Origin: an uncultured Chloroflexia bacterium
GTDB taxonomy: Bacteria > Chloroflexota > Ktedonobacteria > Ktedonobacterales > JADMIN01
Length of the DNA stretch: 32,000 bases
Assembly: GCA_963718915.1 (NCBI GenBank)
Contig: CAVRAI010000004.1
Location: 180,001-212,000 of the forward strand
Reading direction: 5' to 3'
Under the pieces are notes generated by a model. It saw only the letters and a program-made list of their open reading frames with translations, had not been told where the DNA came from and did not search any database. Position numbers and translations under genes: made by a program. Within the stretch, counting starts at the first letter, position 1. Every line of letters starts with the position of its first letter. Below are positions 8,218-15,083 of the stretch, in pieces.

Positions 8218-9012
8218 ATGGATCTTGGGCTTTCAGGGCGTGTCGCGCTGGTGACGGCGGCCAGTCGCGGGCTGGGGCTGGCCAGCGCCAAAGCGCTCGC
8301 GGCGGATGGGGCGTCGTTGATCATCTGCGCGCGTGGTCCATTGCGGCTGGATGAGGCGGCGCGTGAGATTCGCTCGGCCACCAGTGGCGCGCGAGTCGAG
8401 ACGATGACGCTCGATGTCTCCGCGCCCGATGCCGCGACGCAGCTGGTAGGGCAGGCGCGTGACAAGTTTGGGCGGCTGGATGTGCTGGTCAACAACGCGG
8501 GCGGCCCGCCACCAGGCAGCTTTGTCAGCGTGGGCGACTCCGACTGGGAGAAGGCTTTCCAGATCACGCTAATGAGTGTCGTCCGGTTGGTGCGCGAGGC
8601 GCTGCCACTGCTCCAGGCCAGCGGCCAGGGGCGCATCGTCAATCTGGTGAGCACCAGCGTCAAGCAGCCGATCGATGGCCTGATCCTCTCTAACGCGCTA
8701 CGAGCGGCGGTGATTGGTATGGCCAAGACGCTCTCCAAGGAGATTGGCGGATCGGGGGTCACGATCAATAACGTGCTGCCAGGCATCATCCTGACGGACC
8801 GACAGCGCGAGCTGCGTGGCGCGGACGCCGCCCGGCGCGGTATCAGCTTCGAGCAGGCTATCGAGGAGGCGGGTCGTGGCGTGCCGTTGGGGCGTATCGG
8901 GCAGCCGGAAGAGGTCGGCGCGCTGGTCGCATTCCTGGCGTCGAAGCAGGCATCGTACATCACCGGTGCAAGCATCCAGGTGGATGGCGGCATGATCGCC
9001 GGGATCATGTAG
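8218..9012 (+). CDS. SDR-like oxidoreductase (FabG/BKR-like, atypical active site)
   Basis: The ATG at 8218 lies 8 nt after TAGGAG; the TTG at 8212 is an alternative start. It has the Rossmann motif VTAASRGLG and the NNAG motif. At the position of the classical YxxxK the sequence reads SNALR. Confidence 0.8.
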   Translation: MDLGLSGRVALVTAASRGLGLASAKALAADGASLIICARGPLRLDEAAREIRSATSGARVETMTLDVSAPDAATQLVGQARDKFGRLDVLVNNAGGPPPGSFVSVGDSDWEKAFQITLMSVVRLVREALPLLQASGQGRIVNLVSTSVKQPIDGLILSNALRAAVIGMAKTLSKEIGGSGVTINNVLPGIILTDRQRELRGADAARRGISFEQAIEEAGRGVPLGRIGQPEEVGALVAFLASKQASYITGASIQVDGGMIAGIM

Positions 9013-9208
9013 CGCCAGTGTGCGCCGTAGTGTATACCACTCATGCGAATGGCCGGGTAGGTGGAGATGGGATTGCAATCCCTCAAATGGCTATACATAG
9101 CCTGCTTCACCTATTCCGGCTTTGTGCTTTCTGGCGGTGAGCCGTGGCATAACGCGTGACGCGGTGGTGCAGGAGCGCGCGCCGAAAGCGTCCTGAGTTG
9201 CAAGCCAC

Positions 9209-9310
9209 CCGCAGGCTAAAGCCCTGCGGCTAATCTCGCTTTGAACGACCCCCCTCACCATCGACATGTGTACCGAACGAGCAGGATTAGCCGTGGGCTT
9301 CAGCCTACGG
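9209..9310. repeat. Inverted pair of about 26-nt hairpin modules (REP/MITE-like or bidirectional terminator structure)
   Basis: Arm A is 9209-9235, CCGCAGG-CTAAAGC-CCTGCGG-CTAATC. Arm B is 9285-9310, GATTAG-CCGTGGG-CTTCAG-CCTACGG. The arms are reverse complements at about 22 of 27 positions and are separated by 49 nt. Each arm is itself a 7-bp hairpin. Confidence 0.55.
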
Positions 9311-9404
9311 CGCGCTTCGACTCAGTTAAGCGTGGCTATTCGTCGCCACTGTGCGTATGCATGTCCAAACTGGCATCATAGCCGCGACGACAACCCGCCC
9401 CGTA

Positions 9405-11459
9405 TCACACATGCGCCTCTTTGCTGTGCGCCTCTTTCTCCTTGTTGTGCGCGTCGATCACCTGCTGCTGGAGGTTGGCGGGCATCTCCTCGTAGCCGGA
9501 TAGCTCCATCGTGAAGCTGCCGCGCCCCTGCGTCATCGAGCGCAGGTCGGTGGCGTAGTGCAGCATCTCCGCGAGCGGCGCCTGCGCTGTGATACGCTGC
9601 ATGCCATCTTCGGCTGGCTCCATGCCCATGATGCGCCCGCGCTTGGTGTTCAGGTCGGAGCTGATGTCGCCCATGTTCGCGTCTGGGACGGTGATCGTGA
9701 CGTTCATGATTGGCTCGAGCAGGGTTGGATTGGCTAGCGCTACCGCCTCTTTCATACCGAGATGCGCCGCCGTCTCAAACGCCTGCGACGACGAGTCTAC
9801 CGGATGATACTTGCCATCCACCAGCGCCACCCGGATATGCACCATCGGATAGCCCGCGATGAAGCCCTGCCGCACTGATTCGGCGACACCCTTCTCGACG
9901 CCCGGCACATACTCCCTCGGCACCACGCCGCCGACAATCTTATTCTCGAAGATGTACTGCTGTTCACCATCGGTCAGCGGCTCGACCTCTAGCCAGACGT
10001 CGGCGAACTGGCCGTGGCCGCCGGTCTGCTTCTTGTGGCGTCCCTCGGCGCGCGCCTTCTTGCGAATCGCCTCGCGGTAAGGCACGCGGCGGTCGCGCTT
10101 GAGCACCTCAACGCCGTAGCGTCGCTGCATGCGCTCGGTGGCGATTTCCAGGTGTGACTCGCCCATGCCGGAGAGCAGCATCTCCGCCGTCTCCTGATCG
10201 CGGTCCACGTGCAGCGTCCGGTCTTCTTCGAGCATGCGTGTGAGCGCAGTGCCAAGCTTATCGAGGTCGCTCTGTGTCTTAGGGTGTACCGCAGCAGTGT
10301 AGACCGGCTTGGGGAAGTTGATCGGCGGCAGCGGCTCGGTATCTTTTGTGCCAAGCGTATCGCCCGTGTGTGTCTTGTTCAGCCGCACCACCGTCCCGAT
10401 ATCGCCGACCTGAACCTCGGTCATCGTCTCCTGCAATTTGCCGCGCAGGCAGAGGATCTGCCCCAGCCGCTCGTCGGTACTGGTGTTGACGTTATAGAGG
10501 TGACTGTCGGGCTTGATCGTGCCTTGATAGACGCGGAAGATCGAGTGGGTACCCTTCTGCGGATCGACAATCGTCTTGAAGACGAAGGCGACCGGCGCAG
10601 CGTTCGCATCCGCCGCCGCGCGATCCGCCGCCGATGGCAGATACTCGGTCATCGCGTCAAGCAGCGTCTGAATGCCAATGTTCTTCGCGGCGGAGCCTGC
10701 CAGCACCGGCACAACATCCCCGCTGGCGACGCCAGCTTTGATGGCGCGGCGCAGCTCCTCGTCGGACACCTCTTCGCCTTCGAGATACTTCGCCATCAGG
10801 TCGTCGTCGCTCTCAACCGCCGTCTCGACCAGTTGCTCGCGGTAATGTTGCACGGTGTCGGCCATCTCGCCTGGAATGTCGCCAGCGGTGGCTTTGTCGC
10901 CCGAGAAGCTGTATGCCTTGTTGGCGACGAGATCGATCACGCCCGAGAAGCCGGCCTGTTCCCCAATGGGGATGGTCAGTGGCACAATGCGCGTGCCAAA
11001 ATGCGAGCGCAAGGATTCGAGCGCGCGGTCGTAACTGGTATTTTCACGGTCGAGCTTGTTGACGAAGACCATGCGTGGCAGGTCGTGCTTGTTGGCCTGA
11101 CGCCAGAGAAGCTCAGTGCCGACCTCGACGCCTTTTTCGGCGGAAACCACCACCAGCGCCGCATCGGCCACCCGTAGCGCCGCCATTACCTCGCCCAGAA
11201 AGTCCGCGAATCCCGGCGTATCAAGCAGATTGATTTTCCCTCCCTGCCACTCGACGGGTACCACCGTGAGGTTGATGGACTGGTTGTGTTTGATCTCATC
11301 GGGGTCGTAGTCGGAGATGGAGGAGCCGTCGTCCACTCTGCCAATACGATTGACCGCGCCCGAATCATAGAGCGCGGCATCCATCAATGAGGTCTTTCCC
11401 GACCCACCATGTGCGATCACGGCGACGTTGCGAATCTGTTGCGCGCGATAGACGTTCAT
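9405..11459 (-). CDS. Elongation factor G paralogue (EF-G2/FusA2-like translational GTPase)
   Basis: 684-aa ORF with the five-domain EF-G layout. G1 is AHGGSGKT, G3 is DTPGFADF (Phe where canonical factors have His), and G4 is NKLD. Domain IV carries YHPVDSS. It is not in an rpsL-rpsG-tuf context. Confidence 0.85.
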   Translation of the reverse strand: MNVYRAQQIRNVAVIAHGGSGKTSLMDAALYDSGAVNRIGRVDDGSSISDYDPDEIKHNQSINLTVVPVEWQGGKINLLDTPGFADFLGEVMAALRVADAALVVVSAEKGVEVGTELLWRQANKHDLPRMVFVNKLDRENTSYDRALESLRSHFGTRIVPLTIPIGEQAGFSGVIDLVANKAYSFSGDKATAGDIPGEMADTVQHYREQLVETAVESDDDLMAKYLEGEEVSDEELRRAIKAGVASGDVVPVLAGSAAKNIGIQTLLDAMTEYLPSAADRAAADANAAPVAFVFKTIVDPQKGTHSIFRVYQGTIKPDSHLYNVNTSTDERLGQILCLRGKLQETMTEVQVGDIGTVVRLNKTHTGDTLGTKDTEPLPPINFPKPVYTAAVHPKTQSDLDKLGTALTRMLEEDRTLHVDRDQETAEMLLSGMGESHLEIATERMQRRYGVEVLKRDRRVPYREAIRKKARAEGRHKKQTGGHGQFADVWLEVEPLTDGEQQYIFENKIVGGVVPREYVPGVEKGVAESVRQGFIAGYPMVHIRVALVDGKYHPVDSSSQAFETAAHLGMKEAVALANPTLLEPIMNVTITVPDANMGDISSDLNTKRGRIMGMEPAEDGMQRITAQAPLAEMLHYATDLRSMTQGRGSFTMELSGYEEMPANLQQQVIDAHNKEKEAHSKEAHV

Positions 11460-11565
11460 AAGGGTACTGTCCTCTCTTCGCTTGCGAACAGGATCGGCGA
11501 GATTGCTCCATTGCGCCCCGCCGATTCTCTCATCGAATGCAGGTCTGGAATGAAGCGGCGTCGCG

Positions 11566-12852
11566 CTAGCGAGTGACCCGCGCGTGCGGCTCCAGGCCTT
11601 GCGAAATCAAGACACCGGGCAGTGGGAACGATGTCGCTAGGGCAATGGCGCGCTCTTTCGTCTGCTGGATCGCGGTTGGGTCGCCGCGCTTCTCGATGGC
11701 GTCGGCGATCAGGCTTGCCACCTCGCGCATCTCGCCAGCGCCGAAGCCACGGGTCGTGACGGCGGGTGTGCCAAGACGCACGCCGCTGGTGCGCACGGGC
11801 GGCTCCGGATCGAACGGGATGCCGTTCTTGTTGACGGTGATGTGAACCGCCGCAAGCGCATCCTCGGCGTCTTTTCCGGTCACCTGGAACGGGCGCACGT
11901 CCACCAGCATCAGATGATTATCTGTGCCGCCCGACACCAGCCGCAGCCCGTGATCTTGAAGCGATGTGGCGAGCGCCTGGGCATTGTCGACCACCTGCTG
12001 CTGGTACACTGTGAAGGCTGGGTCAAGCGCCTCTTTAAAGGCGACCGCCTTTGCCGCGATGATGTGCATCAGCGGGCCGCCCTGCGTACCGGGGAAGACG
12101 GCCTTGTCGATCTTGGCGCCCCATTCGGCGGTCGAGAGGATCAGCGCGCCACGCGGGCCGCGCAGCGTCTTGTGCGTGGTTGTCGTGACCACATGGCAAT
12201 GCGGGACCGGATTGGGGTAGAGGCCAGCCACCACCAGCCCCGCCACATGCGCGATATCGGCCATCAGCAGCGCGCCAACGCTATCGGCAATCTGGCGGAA
12301 GCGCGCGAAATCGAGCGTGCGTGAATAGGCGGAGAAGCCCGCGACGATCAGTTTGGGCTTGTGTTCCTGGGCCAGTCTCTCCAGCTCATCGTAGTCAATC
12401 GTCTCGGTCTCCGGGCTAACGCCGTAGGGCACGAAGTTGTAGAACTTGCCGGAGAAATTGACCTTTGCCCCATGCGTCAGGTGGCCGCCCTGCTTGAGAT
12501 CCATGCCCAGCACGGTATCGCCAAGCTGTATTAGCGCGAGATACGCGGCGGCGTTGGCCTGCGCGCCGGAGTGCGGCTGAACGTTGGCGTGCTCCGCGCC
12601 GAAGAGTTGCTTGGCGCGCTCGATGGCCAGCCGTTCCGCCTCGTCCACTACCTCGCAGCCGCCATAATAGCGCTTTCCGGGCAGCCCCTCGGCGTATTTG
12701 TTCGTCATCACGCACGACATCGTCTCCGCGACGGCGGCGCTGACGTAGTTCTCGGAGGCAATCAACTCGATGCCACTGAACTGGCGTTGTTCTTCGCGAC
12801 GGATCAAATCGGCAATGTCGGGATCGGTCGCTTCGAGGTCGTGCATATCCAT
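11566..12852 (-). CDS. glyA: Serine hydroxymethyltransferase
   Basis: 428-aa ORF with the canonical motifs [26 protein letters not shown], and the PLP-lysine context [15 protein letters not shown]. Confidence 0.97.
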   Translation of the reverse strand: MDMHDLEATDPDIADLIRREEQRQFSGIELIASENYVSAAVAETMSCVMTNKYAEGLPGKRYYGGCEVVDEAERLAIERAKQLFGAEHANVQPHSGAQANAAAYLALIQLGDTVLGMDLKQGGHLTHGAKVNFSGKFYNFVPYGVSPETETIDYDELERLAQEHKPKLIVAGFSAYSRTLDFARFRQIADSVGALLMADIAHVAGLVVAGLYPNPVPHCHVVTTTTHKTLRGPRGALILSTAEWGAKIDKAVFPGTQGGPLMHIIAAKAVAFKEALDPAFTVYQQQVVDNAQALATSLQDHGLRLVSGGTDNHLMLVDVRPFQVTGKDAEDALAAVHITVNKNGIPFDPEPPVRTSGVRLGTPAVTTRGFGAGEMREVASLIADAIEKRGDPTAIQQTKERAIALATSFPLPGVLISQGLEPHARVTR

Positions 12853-12982
12853 GTCACAAGCTCCCGTTTCAGATCGCTCAGATGCCGGGCGTCCGCGGGG
12901 AAAACCGGCGGGCGGTGAGGGTGCGCGGTCAGCCGCGCTCGTGTGTGCTGTAGTATACCATTCCCGCCCACCGGAGAGGACA

Positions 12983-13417
12983 TCAGTCTGGCACTGTGTT
13001 CAGTGTCGAGAAGAGGACGACGAAATAGAGGATATAGAGCGCGATAAACAGAAGGGTGAGGCCAATCGAAACAAAGCCGGTGACGATGCCAGCGATGGCG
13101 AATCCGCGCCCCTCAATCGTCCCTTGAGATTTCTTGACCTCGTTCAGGCCGATGAACCCGAAGATAATCGCCAGAATCGCCAGGACGCTCTGGAAGGTGG
13201 CAATCGAGACGGCGCCGCAAATCATGCTGACAAGCGCCCAGGTACCCAGGCGTGGGGCCGATGGCGCGAACATCCAGGGATAATAATAGCCTGGAGCGGC
13301 GTAGGGATACTGGTACGGTTCTGGGTATGCGGAGGGATTGGGGTATGACGCGGTCGCATCGGGAGCTGGACTCGAAGGTGAACTGGGAACTGCGCTGGGC
13401 GTCGATTCAGAAGCCAT
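12983..13417 (-). CDS. DUF4190-like small membrane protein with Pro/Tyr-rich N-terminus
   Basis: 144 aa. The N-terminal low-complexity region reads [25 protein letters not shown]. It is followed by a hydrophobic core with the pattern [29 protein letters not shown]. It is a paralogue of the next gene. Confidence 0.75.
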   Translation of the reverse strand: MASESTPSAVPSSPSSPAPDATASYPNPSAYPEPYQYPYAAPGYYYPWMFAPSAPRLGTWALVSMICGAVSIATFQSVLAILAIIFGFIGLNEVKKSQGTIEGRGFAIAGIVTGFVSIGLTLLFIALYILYFVVLFSTLNTVPD

Positions 13418-13504
13418 GAGGTTCTCCTGGTGAGGCGAATCGCGGACGCCACTCTCCCGTAAGATGGTCGGACGCCCGCGATGGCAGTTTGTCGCTCTCC
13501 CAGT

Positions 13505-13996
13505 TTACCCCTGCGGTCCAAACATTGACGCGCCAGCGCCTACGATGAATATCAGGGCGAAGAAGATGATCGCCAGCAACGCCAGACCAAGCGCGATATA
13601 GCCGAGGATCAGACCCGCCTGAGCGATGCCGCGCCCTTGCAACGCGCCATTCGAGCGGTCAATCTCGCGGAGCGCAAGATGCCCGAAGATGATGCCGAGG
13701 AGTGGGCCAAAGCCAAAGACGCCGATGTACCCCAGCAGGGAGCAGATCAGGCTGGCGATGGCATAGCCACTCGTGCCGGGCGCCATCGGTCCCTGGTAGT
13801 AGTTGGCCGATTGCTGACCATAGGGCTGATATGACGGCTGCTGATAGGTCTGATACGGCTGTTGATACGGCTGCTGTGGCGGATTGGGCGGCTGGCCCTG
13901 CCATCCATAGCCATCGGTTCGCCCCTCCGCTGGTGGTGGGTCGAATGGCGGTGGCGGCTGCGAATATGACGATGTTTCGGGGTCGTTGTATTGCAC
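13505..13996 (-). CDS. DUF4190-like small membrane protein with Pro/Gln/Tyr-rich N-terminus
   Basis: 163 aa. The N-terminal region reads PPQQPYQQPYQTYQQPSYQPYGQQSANYYQG. The core IIFGHLALREIDRSNGALQGRGIAQAGLILG aligns with the neighbouring paralogue. Confidence 0.75.
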   Translation of the reverse strand: MQYNDPETSSYSQPPPPFDPPPAEGRTDGYGWQGQPPNPPQQPYQQPYQTYQQPSYQPYGQQSANYYQGPMAPGTSGYAIASLICSLLGYIGVFGFGPLLGIIFGHLALREIDRSNGALQGRGIAQAGLILGYIALGLALLAIIFFALIFIVGAGASMFGPQG

Positions 13997-14237
13997 GGAT
14001 TATCCCTCCCTCCGGCCTTCCCCACGAAGACGCGCAGGCACTGACTGAGCACGAGCATCCACACCCATTCTACGGATACAGACGCATCAAGTTGTTCTCG
14101 TTTGCCGATGTTGCCGTTGCTGCCACTGATTGCTCTGGTCTTCGCGCCTCGCTGTCGATTTCTATAGGAAGCATGGGACTCGGGTGGGTATTCAAGTGAT
14201 GTTGCTCACAGAATGACGCGACAGAATAGCGAATATC

Positions 14238-14266
14238 TTGCATTTATTCATGCAACCGTGTATTCT
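14238..14266 (+). promoter_or_regulatory. Sigma70-like promoter for the zinc-ribbon gene
   Basis: TTGCAT (14238-14243), a 17-nt spacer, then TATTCT (14261-14266). It sits in a locally AT-richer stretch about 155 nt upstream of the ATG at 14423. Confidence 0.5.
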
Positions 14267-14422
14267 TGGCTCGGTATTTCCCCGTGTCATCTCAGAGTTA
14301 ATACTGAGATGGTTACAAGTCCTTTCTGCCCAGTGCGACGACGCGGGACGCGTCGAAGGCGCGCGACGGCGGATATGCCAATGCGCTGTGTGGCGCAGGT
14401 ATCCCGAGGAGGCCCACGAACC

Positions 14423-14719
14423 ATGTTCCAGGACAAGACCTTACAGTGTCGCGAGTGCGGGCAGGATTTTATCTTCACGGCAGGTGAGCAGGAGTTCTAT
14501 CAGCAGAAAGGACTGCTCAACGAGCCGGGCCGCTGCCCAGATTGTCGGCAGCGTCGCAAACAGGCGATATCCGCCAGCCGGGGAAATGGTGGGCCTCGCG
14601 AAATGCATACTATCGTCTGCGCCGAGTGTGGCAAAGAAGATCAGGTGCCATTTTTGCCGCGCAATGATAAGCCCGTCTATTGCAGCGACTGCTTCGAGCG
14701 GGTGCGCATCCGGCACTAA
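14423..14719 (+). CDS. Small double zinc-ribbon protein (zf-trcl-like plus CxxC-x17-CxxC domain)
   Basis: The ATG at 14423 is preceded by GAGGAGG (14406-14412); the longer track ORF from 14213 is rejected. The protein is 98 aa. The first ribbon is CRECGQDFIFTAGEQEFYQQKGLLNEPGRCPDC. The second is CAEC-17 residues-CSDC, with exactly 17 residues of spacing. Confidence 0.85.
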   Translation: MFQDKTLQCRECGQDFIFTAGEQEFYQQKGLLNEPGRCPDCRQRRKQAISASRGNGGPREMHTIVCAECGKEDQVPFLPRNDKPVYCSDCFERVRIRH

Positions 14720-15083
14720 CGCCCACTAGCGCTGTGGCTCGCGGAACGGGAGAGCGCGCCGGTCTACGCGCAGGATGCGTGGTGGTGTGCGCCTCTCCTG
14801 TCGTGCGCGGCTGTGTTGTGGCTCTGCCTGTGGCAATACATGCGGCTGGTTCGCCGTGACTTTGCGGTGACTTTAGCCCTTCATGCTTGCCTGCCGTGCT
14901 ACAATTTTGATTCATAAAACGTCTGTTAACCCAGGAGCTCAGACGGCGAACGTCGTCAGAGCGTGCCTGAGGTCGTCCCCTGCGCCTGCCAGCGGTCATG
15001 AGGATGTCACGATACTGCTGGTCGAGAGCGCGAGCGATATCGCTGCTGGGATATCGTACGGCGCACATAAGGAATATTGCTCG

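Noticed and set aside
8196-9110. 304-aa minus-strand ORF
   Set aside because: It is antisense to the SDR gene and has a Ser/Arg/Pro/Ala-rich composition with no motif. Long shadow ORFs of this kind are expected at this GC content.
9013-9404. Known housekeeping ncRNA (SRP RNA, RNase P RNA, tmRNA, 6S) in the large spacer
   Set aside because: None of the signature sequences I know is present. I looked for the SRP domain IV GGAAGCAGCC context, the RNase P GAGGAAAGUCC element, and tmRNA tRNA-like ends. Only the hairpin modules reported above are evident.
10209-11177. 322-aa plus-strand ORF
   Set aside because: It is antisense to the EF-G paralogue, whose GTPase motifs unambiguously define the coding strand.
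9405-11459. EF-G paralogue as a Tet(M)/Tet(O)-type ribosomal protection (resistance) gene
   Set aside because: Tet(M)/(O) proteins retain DTPGH and a canonical AHVDAGKT P-loop, whereas this protein has DTPGF and AHGGSGKT. There is no mobile-element context. It fits the EF-G2/FusA2 group better.
12853-12982. Possible ZTP (pfl) or other riboswitch in the glyA leader
   Set aside because: glyA is a known ZTP-riboswitch target. The leader follows an extended -10 (TGGTATACT at 12952-12960, minus strand), is about 100 nt long and is GC-rich, with a GCGCGG-CTGA-CCGCGC hairpin. However, I could not find the conserved GACUGGCG or CCGCCUGGGC elements. An Infernal scan with RF01750 would settle this.
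14883-15083. N-terminal extension of the protease ORF, and similar long starts at 14213, 5638, 6864, 25800, 24049 and 21346
   Set aside because: The extensions cover promoters, terminators, tRNAs or upstream genes and encode Arg/Ala-rich sequence. Internal ATG or GTG codons with good RBS coincide with the start of recognisable domains or signal peptides.
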